A stretch of DNA of 64,000 nt from contig NC_043001.1 of assembly GCF_006345805.1 (NCBI RefSeq), positions 14,632,001 to 14,696,000 on the forward strand, read 5' to 3'. This document shows, piece by piece, positions 1-12,997 of the stretch (position 1 is its first letter; every line of letters starts with the position of its first letter). The notes beneath the pieces are model-generated. The model was not told the origin of the DNA and searched no databases. It saw only the letters and a program-made list of their open reading frames with translations. This DNA comes from Octopus sinensis (lineage: Eukaryota). Both the position numbers and the translations under genes were made by a program.

Positions 1-408
1 TTTTTCCTTCTTGAATCGCCGTTTATTTATTTATTTATATGTTCTCTCGTTTTCTATCAATGTGTTTACACAGTTCTGCTGCTTCTATTTTATTTCCAGC
101 AGAGTTTATTTTAAAGGCGTCAAACAAGAAAATTCTGTTTTCCTTGGGCTGTGTGCAGTCTGCTTTAGAATAAAGGTTTCGAAAACTGCACCGACAATAA
201 TACTGCGGCATCAAAAGTATGAGAGATTTGGCACAGCCATTTTGGAACCTCTGATTTATTTGACAGGAAACGATATTATCTTTCTCTCATTCTCTCACCC
301 TGTTTAAGAGTAAAAATATGATCTCTGCGTATGACGAGAGGAAGTCTTTATATCAATCATATTCAATTAATAAATTGTGATCTCGTTATTCCTCTGTCTC
401 TCTCTCTC

Positions 409-818
409 TCTCATATATATATATTATATATATATATATAAAGCTGATGTTGTCTGTGTATGGCAGGTTGGTAGCCTTCAACTAACACTATCTCCTCCAA
501 AGATCCTGCGGCGCAAGTTGGCCAAAATTGAGACTATGATAGAAAAAGGCTTGCTCTTCCTTCCGTAGAAGAAAAAATTCAAATCGGACCATGTTAACAC
601 CAAAATTTATTTACATCAAAAAGGTGCTTTATTTTTATGAAAATACCTATCTTTTACGATTTTTTTATTGCTATGTCGCCATTTTGGGGTTTATTTCAAC
701 CAGAAAAATGTTCACTTAAAGAGAATAACAAGCTACATAATGCAAAACTTTTACTTTTCAAAAATTCCAATTCTAAAGGGTCGAAACAAACTCGAGCAAC
801 GCCGGGCGATACTGCTAG
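409..818 (+). mobile_element. Non-autonomous Helitron
   Basis: Starts TC-(TA)n-TAAAGCTG; ends GAGCAACGCCGGGCGATACTG-CTAG followed by T (CTAG at 815-818). The same 26-nt 3' end occurs in the copy at 45182-45565. Confidence 0.7.
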
Positions 819-1265
819 TATAAATATAGTTGTTATTATGTAAAAGTGTCAAGCCCAGAATGTTACTTTTCCAGAAAGCAAAAAAATAGTTTCCCCCTTC
901 TGTTTCTTTTTACATTAACAACAGTTTCAGCTTAACAATAATACTTTGTTGGGTGCATAAAATCGTAACTCCATGCATGTATAATATTTTCAGTCAAGAT
1001 TACTTTTGCAAAACTGTCGTATGTGAGACCTACTACACTTTTGAAAAATGGTAAACTGTTGTACTACACTTTAACAATTTTTGATATCTTGGCATCTGAA
1101 GCAGCTGGAGATACGATAGTTTAACCAAAAGAATCGGCTTTTTGCAAGCAAAATTAAATGTCGAAGAAAAAAAAAAAACGCAATTTGGCCAAATTTGGAC
1201 ACACGACATTTTGACAGAATAGCAATTATTTATATTATATATATTATTATATATATATATATATT

Positions 1266-1413
1266 AATTCCGCCGAGGTCAACTTTGCTTTCATCCTTCG
1301 AGGTCGATAAATTAAGTACCAGTTACGCACTGGGGTCGATGTAATCGACTTAATCCCTTTGTCTGTCCTTGTTTGTCCCCTCTGTGTTTAGCCCCTTGTA
1401 GGTAATAAAGAAA
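1266..1413 (+). mobile_element. SINE family B, 5'-truncated
   Basis: AATTCCGCCGAGGTCAACTTTGC...GGTCGATAAATTAAGTACCAG...AGCCCCTTGT matches the full copies at 28829 and 47320. Confidence 0.75.
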
Positions 1414-1889
1414 CATATATATATACACGTACGTTTGTGCCTCCAGCGACAAAGGGTACCTACACATCAAACCAGACCAAATATCCAGTCAGCCGCGCCA
1501 AATCATCAGCGTCTAAACAGCTGCGCCCAATCACCCCATTCAGAAGCATCATCCCAAAAAATTCTTATGATACAAGAACCGAGGGGGGGGGCGGATAAAG
1601 GACCAAATAAGCAAGTTAGGAACTTCTCAACATGTCTACGAAGGCATACTTGGTAAAACGCAATAAAAGCATTTAACAAGGAAATTGACCCAAAAACAAA
1701 TGTCAAGTCCAATGAATCATTGAAATGGAGTCGGAATGGAGACATCATGAAGACATGGGTAGGAAGAGAAACAATAGACGAGAAAGCCAGAGGGCCACAG
1801 AGAAGGCGAGGGCAAGAATGAACAAGATGGAAAGGGTGTAACACAAATAGGTTTGACAAAAATTACAATCCTAGAATCGAAAGCAGTAG

Positions 1890-2100
1890 GGGGGGTGAGA
1901 GACAGGAGAGAAAGAGGGAGGGAGATATAGAGAGAGGTAGCGAGGGAGATATAGAGAGAGGTAGCGAGGGAGATATAGAGAGAGAGGTACGGTGGGGGGG
2001 CAGAGAGAAAATGAGGAGGCAGAGAGAGAAGGAGAAGGCAGAGAGAGAAGGAGGAAGAAGAGAGGGAAAGGGGAGGCAGAGAGAGAAGGGGAAAGAGGGG
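1890..2100. repeat. Purine-rich low-complexity tract with a 24-bp tandem repeat
   Basis: GAGGGAGATATAGAGAGAGGTAGC about 3 times, then GGCAGAGAGAGAAGG units. Confidence 0.8.
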
Positions 2101-2169
2101 TTGAACAAAGACCTTCTCCCTCACAGATTGGTTTCAAGATGAACATGAATTAAAATATATTGTATTGGT

Positions 2170-2637
2170 GCAAGCATAGCTATGTGGTAAGAAGCTTACT
2201 TCCCAACCACAAGGTTCCAGGTTCAGTCCCACTGCGTGGCACCTTGGGCAAGTGTCTTCTACTATAGTCTCGGGCTGATCAAAGCCCTCCGAGTGGATCC
2301 GATAGACAGAAACTGAAAAAAGCGCATCAGGTGTGTGTGTGTGGTGTGTGCATGTGGTTGTGCGTGTGGTTATGTGTGTGCATGTGGTTGTGTGTGTGTA
2401 TGTGTGTGTGTGTGCACGTGTGGCTCTGTGTGTGGTTGTTTTTACCCCCCACCACTGCTTGACAACCAGTGTTGGTGCGTCAACGTCCCCATGACCTAGC
2501 AGTTCGGCCTAAGAGACCGATAGAATATGTAATATGTACCAGGCTTAAAGAATATAAACATAAATAATCACTGAGGTCGATCCATTCAACTAAAAAATTC
2601 TTCAAGGCAGCCGTAGTCTAATGATTAAAACAAGAGA
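2170..2637 (+). mobile_element. SINE family A, diverged
   Basis: tRNA-like head (TGTGGTAAG...GGTTCAGTCCC), internal (TG)n, degenerate tail. Confidence 0.7.
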
Positions 2638-3693
2638 AACATCTCAGATAAAAGATGGTCACATGGTTCAAAAAATTACTTCACTCCCGCATCACAAAGT
2701 CTAGGAATTGTGTTAGTTTTTGCACCATGAATAATTTATGTAACACTCAACTGACCTTTCTTTGAAGACGGATCAATGAAAGGATTTTAATGATAATCTA
2801 TTCTATTCGTTAATGTGACCATGAATGACATCCTCACTCGAAAATCCATACTGAAAAACACGTAGTTTTTAAAAATACTGCATTTTCGAAAATGATAGCC
2901 GGTGGCCTAGAAGCAGTGGTGATGTTGGGTTTAAGGTGGTAATCAAAAGATCGAGGTTTCGATTCCTGGGCCTGACCTTGAGCAAAACTGAAACACCAGG
3001 GTAAGTGTTTACTAGTACATGTATCCTATGAGATCGGTGTAATAGTTTAAAAAATTAACCGGTAGAGAGGGGGCTGTCAGAGAGAGAGTGGGGTAGAAGG
3101 AAGACCTTCACCCTAGAAAATTGGTTTCACTAATTAACACTAATTAAGATATTGTCAAGTCATAAGCATGGCTGTGAGGTAAGAAGCTTACATCTTCCAC
3201 ACTGAATGCTGTCAAGATGTTGCTTTCACAGCGCCCTTGAAATGAAGAACATTGAGGGCGCTACTGTAGGGTAGGCATGTTTTTTGGGGGGTGGATTTAG
3301 TGGGGTTTTGTTGTCTAATATGTAATAGGTGCAAGCCTGTCTGTCTAAGATCATGTGGTTGCTTCCCAACCACATGATTCCAGGGTTCTGGATTCAATCC
3401 CATGGCGTGACACCTTGGGCAAGTATCTTCTACTACCCAGGGGCAGGGAGCATGTGCCCCCATCAAGAAAAGAAGTGCACCTTCTAAATAATATTACGCC
3501 CTTTTCTCCTAGAAATGTATTATTCCCTTCTGACCTTGTGCCTTGCCTTCAAAACATTCCTGGGACTGCGCCTGCTACCGCTTCAGGCCAACAATGTGTG
3601 TGTATGAGTCCCATCCCCCATTTGACAACTCAGCAGTTTGGTAAAAGAGCTGATGCGTTAAGTATCAGGTTAAAAAAAGAAAAAGAATTTTAA

Positions 3694-3903
3694 CCCTTTA
3701 GTATTTAAACCGGCCAAAATAGCTAATCTGTTTTATGTTCAAACTGACCAGATCCAGGCTCTCACACCTACCCTACAATGTTATTCTACATTAAGAGATT
3801 ACACCATCAAGATCTTTGAAGATATGAGATAATGCATGATTAATTCAAATCAATGGGAATCAATAAGCATTATGTTTGATAGAATAATCTGAACACTAAA
3901 GGG
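3694..3903. mobile_element. piggyBac-type MITE
   Basis: TTAA|CCCTTTAGT...ACTAAAGGG|TTAA: TTAA target duplication (3690-3693, 3904-3907) and CCC-starting terminal inverted repeats. Confidence 0.75.
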
Positions 3904-4004
3904 TTAAGTGCTGGGATCAATTTATTCGACTATAATAGCCTTCAAGGTGGTGGCACTCTAGCATAAATAAATTATAATAAATTATAATAAATTATAATAT
4001 ATAT

Positions 4005-4165
4005 AGGCTTAGGAGTGGCTGTGTGGTAAGTAGCTTGCTAACCAACTCACAGTTCCGGGTTCAGTCCCACTGCGTGGCATCTTGGGCAAGTGTCTTCTGC
4101 TATAGCCTCGGGCCAACCAAAGCCTTGTGAGTGGATTTGGTAGACGGAAACTGAAGAAGCCTGTC

Positions 4166-4234
<69 letters not shown>

Positions 4235-4451
4235 GTGTGTGTGTATGTTTGTGTTTGTCCCTCTAGCATTGCTTGACAACCGATGCTGGTGTGTTTATGT
4301 CCCCGTCACTTAGCGGTTCGGCAAAAGACACCGATAGAATAAGTACTGGGCTTACAAAAGAATAAGTCCCGGGGTCGATTTGCTCGACTAAAAGACGGTG
4401 CTCCAGCATGGCCGCAGTCAAATGACTGAAACAAGTAAAAGAGTAAAGAGT
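4005..4451 (+). mobile_element. SINE family A, full length
   Basis: GGAGTGGCTGTGTGGTAAG head, B-box-like GGTTCAGTCCC, central (TA)n(TG)n, tail GGTGCTCCAGCATGGCCGCAGTCAAATGACTGAAACAAG(TAAAAGAG)n. Confidence 0.9.
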
Positions 4452-4838
4452 ATATAAGTGTGATTTAAATGAAAATGACGTAACTCAAAACCAGAATCTC
4501 CAAGACAATAGAATCAGTCAGTCTCTTATAACTAATTAACCGATTTCTGACTTAGAAGATAATGGAGAGAAAAAATTTGCAGAATAAAAAGAAATTTAAT
4601 TGTACATAACCGCGGTGCAACAAGATCTTCGCATATCTTGAATTCTCAGCCAGAGAAGATGACAATACCATGATTGTTAAATAAGGTACATTAAATACAT
4701 AACACACATATTTTATCTGTTGTTTGTTTCAGCCATTAGACTAAGGCCATGTGGGACACTGTCTTGGAAGGGCTGTCTTGAGGCACTGTATCGAGTCGAT
4801 CAAATAGACTCTCAGTATTTAGCCCATAGGCTAAATAA

Positions 4839-5263
4839 GGTGGTGAGCTGGCAGAATCGTTAGCACACCGGGTGAAATGCTTAACAGTATTTCGTCTGAC
4901 GTTACGTTCTGAGTTCAAATTCCGCCGAGGTCGACTTTGCCTTTTCTCCTTTCGGGGTCGATAAATTAAGTACCAGTTACGCACTGGGATCGATATAATC
5001 GACTTAATCCATTTGTCTGTCCTAGTTTGTCCCCTCTGCGTTTAGCCCCTTGTGGGTAGTTAAGAAATACATATTTCATCTGCCATTACATTCTGAGTTC
5101 AAATTCCGCTGACGTCGACTTTGCCTTTCATCCCTTCGGAGTCAATAAATTAAGTACCAGTTACACACTGGGGTCGATATAATCGACTTAACCCCTTTGT
5201 CTGTCCTTTGTTTTGTACCCTCTATGTTTAGCCCCTTGTGGGCAATAAAGAAATAAGTATTTA
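4839..5263 (+). mobile_element. SINE family B plus tandem partial copy
   Basis: GGTGAGCTGGCAGAATCGTTAGC head. The 3' two-thirds repeats from about 5075. Flanked by a 17-bp direct repeat AGTATTTAGCCCATAGG (4814 and 5257), possibly a TSD. Confidence 0.85.
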
Positions 5264-5379
5264 GCCCATAGGTCTCCTTTGCCAGACCATTGAATTATGG
5301 GGACGTAAATAAATAGGATAGGAGTGGACGTTCTTCGGCATCTCTCATAGCTTGCCCTGACACGCTGCATACACTAGTT

Positions 5380-5525
5380 TTGGTTGAGGAGTTGTTTGCT
5401 ACTTTGGGAGCATAAGTGGCACCACTTGGTCCGGTCAGCTGTAATACACACGAAATCATGAGGCTGGAGTTTGGCCCACTGCAGGTGGTGATTTATACTT
5501 CTTCCTTGGGTGACCTCAAGTACGA
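5380..5525 (-). pseudogene. Degenerate LINE ORF2 C-terminal remnant (RTE-like)
   Basis: Minus strand reads GHPRKK.(frameshift).HLQWAKLQPHDFVCITADRTKWCHL, resembling the GRPRxxW...ADRxxWR end of RTE ORF2. Confidence 0.35.
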
Positions 5526-6099
5526 CTACACCCCGCCACACACACACACACCCCAGTTCTCCATCGAATAACTATTATAACCACTTAATATTACAAAAAC
5601 ATATAGCGAAAAATAAACTGAGAAAACGGTAAAAATGTTTGTCCTGAAAATATTAGCATTTGGGAAATAACACAAATTTTAACCAAGAAAACTCAATCCC
5701 AAGTCCTTAAACTGCTTAATTAACAATCTTAATGACTAGCAATTTAGGAAAACACTAAGTAGTGTAGTCTGAAAAAGAAAAGGAAGAGCATAGACAAAAA
5801 TATGGTAAGAAAACAGATAAAAGGGGAAAATGCTGGGTGGGGGCGATGGATGATTGAAGAAATGATCATCTTTATACGGTCACACGAACTGTTGCTAATA
5901 GCAACCAGTTTTTCTTCAAACTCCACTTTACTATCTTAAAATCAAAAGCACATGTTGGATAAGGAAGTCCCCAGATAAAATATCAAAAAGATAATAAAAA
6001 AAAAAGATTTTGGTCATTAGGTCCACTTGTTTAGGGTTTTTATCAAGAGAACTGGAGGAAAAAAAAAAGCGGGAAACTAAAAAAATTTTAGAGTTTCAC

Positions 6100-6505
6100 A
6101 GACGCAGGAGTGGCTGTGTGGTAAGTAGCTTGCTAACCAACCACATGGTTCCGGGTTCAGTCCCACTGCGTGGCATCTTGGGCAAGTGTCTTCTGCTATA
6201 GCCCTGGGCCGACCAATGCCTTGTGAGTGGATTTGGTAGACGGAAACTGAAAGAAGCCCGTCGTATATATGTATGTATGTGTGTGTGTGTGTGTGTGTTT
6301 GTCCCCCTAGCATTGCTTGACAAATGATGCTGGTGTGTTTATGTCCCCGTCACTTAGCGGTTCGGCAAAAAGAGACCGATAGAACGAGTACTGGGCTTAC
6401 AAAAGAATAAATCCCGGGGTCGAGTAGCTCGACTAAAAGGCGGTGCTCCAGCATGGCCGCAGTCAAATGACTGAAACAAGTAAAAGAGTAAAAAAGAGTA
6501 AAGAA
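6100..6505 (+). mobile_element. SINE family A, full length
   Basis: Near-consensus head, microsatellite and tail. Confidence 0.9.
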
Positions 6506-6859
6506 AGAGAGACCAACTTTGAAAAAAGAATCTAAGACGTCGATAAATTTAAATAAGGTGAGAAAAGAAAAGAAAAATCTGACGGTTATGGATAAAGAGT
6601 CTCAAGTCGTTACCTCACAGCTTAATTGACTGCTTGGCATCTTGGGAATAAAACTTTAAAAACCTGAACCAAATCAATGCTTCAGACGAAAACAAAAAAT
6701 TAAAACTGGTAAAGGAAAAGAGTTTCATTGCCAATCGCTTAGTATTTAGAAACTGGTTTTATTCTAATAAAGTCAGGTGGAAAAACTATTCAATGACAGT
6801 TGGTTTTCAATGGTTATTCTTTATTTTTGCATGTGTGTGTCTGTAGAGAGTCATACTGC

Positions 6860-7340
6860 CTTAATCATCATCATCATCATAATCATCTTCGTTGTTTAAT
6901 GTCCGCTTTCCATGCTAGCATGTGTTGGACAATTTGATTGAGGGCTGGCAAACCAGATGGCTGCACCAGGCTTCAATCTTGATCTGGCAGAGTTTCTACA
7001 GCTGGATGGATGCCCTTCCTAACGCCAACCACTCCGAGAGTGTAGTGGGTGCTTTTACGTGCCACCGGCACAGGGCTAGTCAGACGGTACTGGCAACGAC
7101 CTTGCTCAAGTCTTTTTACACATGTCACCGGCACAGGAGCCAGTAAGGCAACGCTGGTAACAATCACGCTCAAATGGTGTCTTTTACGTGCCACCGGCAC
7201 GGAGGCCAGTTAGCCGCTCTGGCAACGATCACACTCGGATGGTGCTCTTGGCACCCTACTAGCACAGGCACAAGTGCCAGTAAGGCAACACTGGTAACGA
7301 TCACACTTGAATGGTGCCTTTTATGTGCCACTAGCACAGA
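6860..7340 (-). mobile_element. Family D: RTE-type LINE 3' tail / derived retroposon
   Basis: Reverse of ...GTTAGGAAGGGCATCCAGCTGTAGAAAC...AAACGATGATGAT, with internal ~70-bp subrepeats. Confidence 0.8.
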
Positions 7341-7489
7341 GTTTGTAAAAGGTTTTATTTTTGTGTGTGTGTGTGTATCTGTCTGTAGAGAGTCATACTG
7401 CTTTAATATCTAACACACACACTGGTTTAATTTCCACTCATTTATTATTCATAATTTTTTTTCTTTTCCAAACTTTTCGTTGCTTTTGC

Positions 7490-7862
7490 AACCTTGTCAG
7501 CGGATGTTTTGTTTCAGTCATTAGACTGCAGCCATCCTGGGGCACCACAACGAAGAATTATTTTGCCAAATGAATCAACTCTAGTACTATTCTTTTTTGA
7601 AGTTTGGAACTTATTGTATCTGACTTCTTGCCCGACCGCTAATAACAAGGATGTAACCAAACCAACACCAGTTGTCAAGCGGTGATGGGAGGCAAACACA
7701 GACATGACAGACTTCTTCCAGGTTCCACATACCAAATCCTCTCAAAAGTCTTTGGTCAGTCTGAGACTATTGCAGAAAACATTCGCCCAAATTACCATGC
7801 AAAGGGATTGAACCCGGAGCCATATGCTTGGGAAGCAGACTTCTTGCTACACAGCCACACCT
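7490..7862 (-). mobile_element. SINE family A, diverged
   Basis: Reverse-complement head (CACAGCCACAC) and tail (TTTCAGTCATTAGACTG). Confidence 0.7.
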
Positions 7863-8159
7863 ACTAAAATAACTGCAAATTTTCAGAGACGAAGATATCG
7901 TCGTCATCTTGACATCTACTTTCCCATTCTTGCGTAAGTCAGACGGAATCGGTGGAGGCAGATTTTCTGCAACCGGATATCCTTCCTGTTGCCAAACTTT
8001 CTCCTGTTTCCAATCAAGTTAATATTTCCCAGCAACCGGACATCCATCTGGAAATGAACGACACCGCCAATATGACGGTGACACAAGCTTACGATCATTA
8101 CGTAATGTCAACACAAGCAGATATATACACAGATACACACGACGGCGGGCTTCTTTTAG

Positions 8160-8545
8160 TTTCCTATTTCTTTATTGCCCATAAGGGGCTAGACACAGAG
8201 GGGACAAACAAGGACAGACAAATGGATTAAGTCGATTACATCGACCCCAGTGCATAACTGGTACTTAATTTATCGACCCCGAAAGGATGAAAGACAAAGT
8301 CGACCTCGGCGGAATTTGAACTCAGAACGTAACAGCAGACGAAATACCTATTTCTTTACTGCCCGCAAGGGGCTACACACAGAGGGGACAAACAAGGACA
8401 GACAAACGGATTAAGTCGATTACATCGACCCCAGTGCATAACTGGTACTTAATTCATCGACACCAAAAGGATGAAAGGCAAAGTCGACCTCGGCGGAATT
8501 TGAACTCAGAACATAACGGCAGACAAAATACCGCTAAGTATTTCG
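8160..8545 (-). mobile_element. SINE family B, tandem duplicated body
   Basis: Two ~190-bp units starting CCTATTTCTTTA at 8163 and 8347. Confidence 0.85.
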
Positions 8546-8889
8546 CCCGACGTGCTAGCGTTTCTGCCAGCTTGCTGCCTTAGCAGTTTCCGTCAACCAA
8601 ATCTACTCACAAGGTTCTGGTCGGCCCAAAGCCAAGGTGCCAGGCAATGGGACTGAACCCAGAACTATGTGGTTGGAAAGCAAGCTTCTTACCACACAGC
8701 CACACCTGCGCCGATTGAGCATTTTCGAACAAGTTTTCGACGAGGCAGAAAACATTGGTAAACATTGGTAATTTAACGCCAAATTATGTCGAAGACAATT
8801 GAGACGAATTAGAAATATGTGTTACACAAATTCTGTCTTACTCGAAAGATTTCCTAAAACCATTCCCCCTCCTTGTTTCTTTCCTTCAG

Positions 8890-8973
8890 AAAGCACCAAA
8901 CAGATGCCTCATTAAAGTGGAACTAAATATGCCTGTCAGGCAGGTGTCAGTCAATAGCACATCACCTATACAG
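8890..8973 (+). CDS. Candidate internal coding exon (KAPNRCLIKVELNMPVRQVSVNSTSPIQ), product unknown
   Basis: Pyrimidine tract TTGTTTCTTTCCTTCAG acceptor, CAG|GTATGA donor, 84 nt, open only in phase 0, non-repetitive sequence. Confidence 0.3.
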
Positions 8974-9394
8974 GTATGATCGACTTGTAACGCTATTAGT
9001 GATTCATACATTATGGAAACTACTTCAAGGCGGTTTCATAACAGCTGGATATCAGATAACGGGAATTCCTCGTTTTAATGAAGTGTGATGCTAAGGATCA
9101 GTAATAAAACAGACTACCCCTCCTCCTTTCTACGTCAATAGTTTTACAATAGAGAAAGCAGTTCAAGAGTTATAACGGTGATTATGATGTCAGACATAAT
9201 ATAACACCCCTTGACATAAAAGTAGGAAGAAAGTTGTTGAGATTTTTTTCATACAACCATTAAATTGTATTTGACAAATAATGTCTGAACGTATTTGTAA
9301 ATTCTCCTTAGATGTACCAGCTATTTAGTAATTTATTTTAAGCATCATTAAAGTATTCTATGTTAATTTAAATATTTTTATTAAATCAACGACT

Positions 9395-9778
9395 TTTACT
9401 CTTTTTACTCTTTTACTTGTTTCAGTCATTTGACTGCGGCCATGCTGGAGCACCGCCTTTAGTCGAGCAAATCGACCCTGGGACTTATTCTTTGTAAGCC
9501 CAGTACTTATTCTATCGGTCTCTTTTGCCGAACCACTAAGTGACGGGGACGTAAACACACCAGCATCGGTTATCAAGCAATGCTAGGGGGACAAACACAG
9601 ACACACAAACACATACATATATACGACAGCTTCTTTCAGTTTCCGTCTACCAAATCCACTCACAAGGCATTGGTCGGCCCGGGGCTATAGCAGAAGACAC
9701 TTGCCGAAGGTGCCACGCAGTGAGACTGAACCCGGAACCATGTGGTTGGTTAGCAAGCTACTTACCACACAGCCACTC
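9395..9778 (-). mobile_element. SINE family A, full length
   Basis: Near-consensus reverse complement. Confidence 0.9.
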
Positions 9779-10112
9779 ACAGAAATAATTAGAGTTCTTA
9801 ATGTTATTTAAATTATATTGTATTCGAGTATAAAATAGTTAATTTAAATTTATTTTGTAATCATGATTTATAAATTATATTTTGTGGTGTAGTAATAATT
9901 TAGAATTAATTTAATGGAAACAAGTTTTAGAAATTTTTATCATTTCTTAAGAGTTGTTCACCCACAGGTCGTGAGGATAGCCTATGATACTTTTTTATTT
10001 TCAAGACAGTAATATGTGCTATGCCAGACATTACTTTGCTCTTTCTAACAAGTCTAAGCTACTGGTGTATGTAAAAGACTTCCTCCCTGGACTAGTTTTC
10101 TGGTTTCAGTAG

Positions 10113-10196
10113 TTACATCGTGTCACCGAGAAACAAAGGAAAGAAGCGGTTGTTAACGAGGCCTTGACTGATTACTTCGACTGGAACTACAGATAG
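10113..10196 (+). CDS. Candidate terminal coding exon (LHRVTEKQRKEAVVNEALTDYFDWNYR*), product unknown
   Basis: TTTTCTGGTTTCAGTAG acceptor (NAGNAG), phase 0 compatible with 8890-8973, protein-like composition, AT-rich sequence with AATAAA downstream. Confidence 0.25.
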   Translation, partial: LHRVTEKQRKEAVVNEALTDYFDWNYR

Positions 10197-10359
10197 GGCA
10201 ACTTGAACTTCGAAACCATAAAGTTTATACTGTATTGATGTTATTGAAAGTTTGGTTGGTCCTTTTTAACCCTTTATCCGTCCTGTGTATCACATGCGAT
10301 ATAGTGGGTGTATTTCCCTGGTACCCATGCATCATATATGGTTCAGGAGTGTACAAAAA

Positions 10360-10480
10360 TCAAAAGACAGAGACAGGTGAGGGAGCAACAAAGAGTGTAT
10401 TAGTTTGACGCTCAGGAAAAAAATGGGAGAGTCTTCAACGTTTCAGACCTATGCTCTTATATAGAGAGGAGTGAGGACAG
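10360..10480 (-). mobile_element. Degenerate PLE pseudo-LTR-like module
   Basis: Minus strand ...AAGAGCATAGGTCTGAAACGTTGAAGAC...TTTCCTGAGCGTCAAACTAATAC shares the TTTCCTGAGCGTC block with modules at 35250 and 38150. The HHR core is decayed. Confidence 0.35.
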
Positions 10481-12753
10481 AAAACAGATAGAAGGGAAGA
10501 TATAGCGGGGAAAAAAAGAAAAACGTGTCTGGATTAATGGTTGTAGAACTGACCATGCATATTTCCTTCTTTTTTCATTTGTTTTTTGTTTTTCTGTAGA
10601 ACCATTAGAATTACGCTGGATTTATGAAAATAAAACTTTATATTACTCAGAAAGTACAAAAGGAGGGTTAATTAAAAGTTTGAAACACAAGCATAGACGT
10701 TTAGGGACTGTTTAGAACAGGATAAGGATTAAAGTTAGTGGGACCGATAAGGATTTTGCGACAAGAATCCCAATTTAATATCAGTAAGATGATTCAGATG
10801 ACTCAACGACAAAATGTGTGTCAATGGATCGCGTGATTCGAACTATGAATAAATATAGCAAGAATTCTTAATATCAATCAACAGAAGTTATTTGTTAAGT
10901 AGATCACACAACAACCAGAAATTGCGCAAACCATAACCTTTCCGAAAGTTTTAAGAGTTTCAAATACTTAAGAATAAAATTATGTATTTTATTTTGATTC
11001 AAAAATAAATCATTAAGATATAGGCAGCAATAGTCATTACCTAATTAAAGATTGTTAGACTTTTAACGTGATATTTAAATGGCCTTTGTTGAATATCAAA
11101 AATATCAAAAACAAAAAGAAAGGATGTAGGTTTCAATTTCCAATTCCTTTCGCTTAAATCACTACAGACAGAAAGATAGGGAGGTGTAGAATCGCAACAT
11201 TGCACACGTTTTGTTCCAATAAAATCAAAATGTGTTTTATTACAAGAAATTATTACTGGTTTCTAAGAATCAGTAACGTTCATTTCGCATTTGGCGCAAG
11301 TCGTTCGTGACTGGTTAAATCCGTTCTCGTTAAACAGACCGTGAAGATAAAAACTTGTTTCTTATTAATACATAAATGTTTATATGTCAATATATAAAGT
11401 TCATAAACTCAAAATTATTTTATTACTACATAAAGCAACAATCTTCTTTTGGGATTCACTCAACCGTGTCGATGAAAAAAGCAGAACTTGGGAAAGAAAG
11501 TCGAGCAAAATTATGGCGTCGATATTATCATATATATTCATATATTATCAATTTCCGAGTAATATGACAAGATACTTGCATTTAAAAAGAGTTTATTAGT
11601 TTACGATGATTATTATATTTAGATTGTAGATTCTAAATAAAAAAATATTCACCAGCAAATTTGCCTGGAACTAGTTTTATCTATATTTAATTCTTTTTTT
11701 TTTTTTTTTTACATAGTGCTTTCATAAATTTTTTGAAGTACACATTTAAGTGATATTAAAGTAAATATTTGGATAATATTAGCGAAAAAGCAGTTAGAGC
11801 AAGTCAATTTATTTCCTGCAGACATTTTACAACGAAAAGAAAATTAAATTAAATTAAACAACGAGAAGTTAAATTAGTTTACTTAATTTTTCCTTTTCCT
11901 TTTTTTTTTTTTTTACTTAAACAAGTCATATTAGCTATCGCCTAACATATGAATTATTAAGTACTATTTTGGAATAAAATAGCCCGAAACTCGGCTTTTC
12001 CAAAGGCCAAAGCTGTCTTAAATAGGCATTTTTTTCCCCCCAAATATATACTTTTTATCCGTGGAAAAGCTTGACACCCGTCACACAAAGGAAATACGGA
12101 GAGAAAAAGAGAACTGTATCCTCACACAAAGTTTGAGATATTGTAGGGTCCCATCATATATACTGCCAACACCCTAGTTTTATCGATTTCCCCCTTCATC
12201 ATACCTAATCCAAAGGCTGTTTAGCAAGACACCAGTAGCATTTATGAGTTTAAATAGAGAGAGAGGGGGGGGAGATTTCCATACAGCTCGACATGGAACA
12301 ATAACTGGCTGTAACGGGGTTTGTTCGAAATGAGAGAGAGGGGTTTTTCTAAAACCATTGTTATTGTTTAGTTACACACGTCATCTCTAACCGTGGCAGA
12401 CTTCAGCATCCAAAGGATTCCAGTCGAGACTGATCCTTTTTTTTATTTATTTTTCCTCTGTGCAAAAGGAAGCCAAGAACTACATCGTGCGTGTCTTTTT
12501 ACCAAGGCAGGCAGAGAGCGAGTCGAGGTAGATTCGGCAGTTATTTCCAGCAACTCAAACGACCATGAAAAGGCTCTCAAATGGGCCAGGAGACAGTTGC
12601 TGACTGGTTAGTGCAGAAAACAAATAAACGGAAGCTATGTACTGTGTGCTTGTTTTATAATCACTGATGTGTTAGCAAAACCTGAGTATGGTTGAGAACG
12701 GCGTGAGAAAGGCTTTAGTATATTTCTGAAGTACTACTTTTTCATTATTTATG

Positions 12754-12785
<32 letters not shown>

Positions 12786-12792
12786 CGTGTGT

Positions 12793-12837
<45 letters not shown>

Positions 12838-12920
12838 TAAGGGTAGAAATTGATATTTATCAATTAAAACCAGTGGTCTAGCATATTAAAAAAGAATCCG
12901 AAGATTAAAATATTTATATA

Positions 12921-12997
12921 TACCAATTAAGGAGAGACACGACGTCTATATCTAGCATGTTGACTGTCCACTTTCCGTGTTCAGTCCTTAATTGGTA
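12921..12997. repeat. Short inverted repeat embedded in (TA)n
   Basis: TACCAATTAAGGA ... TCCTTAATTGGTA, 13-bp perfect arms. Confidence 0.6.

Noticed and set aside
1435-1900. Possible Penelope RT remnant in this higher-GC segment
   Set aside because: Only a vague YA..FV.HVEK similarity requiring several indels; not enough to call.
4005-4090. tRNA gene calls at SINE heads (also 28829, 42836, about 57915-57965)
   Set aside because: A/B-box-like motifs are present but there is no complete cloverleaf, and each runs into a SINE body.
7880-8047. Minus-strand frame GCPVAGKY*LDWKQEKVWQQEG... as an exon with an editing-recoded stop (UAA to Trp); similar idea for 2756-2850
   Set aside because: No recognisable homology, weak or SINE-derived donor, and double editing of UAA is unsupported from sequence alone.
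12470-12606. Coding exon on either strand
   Set aside because: Plausible splice signals exist on both strands with conflicting frames; none could be linked to neighbouring candidates.
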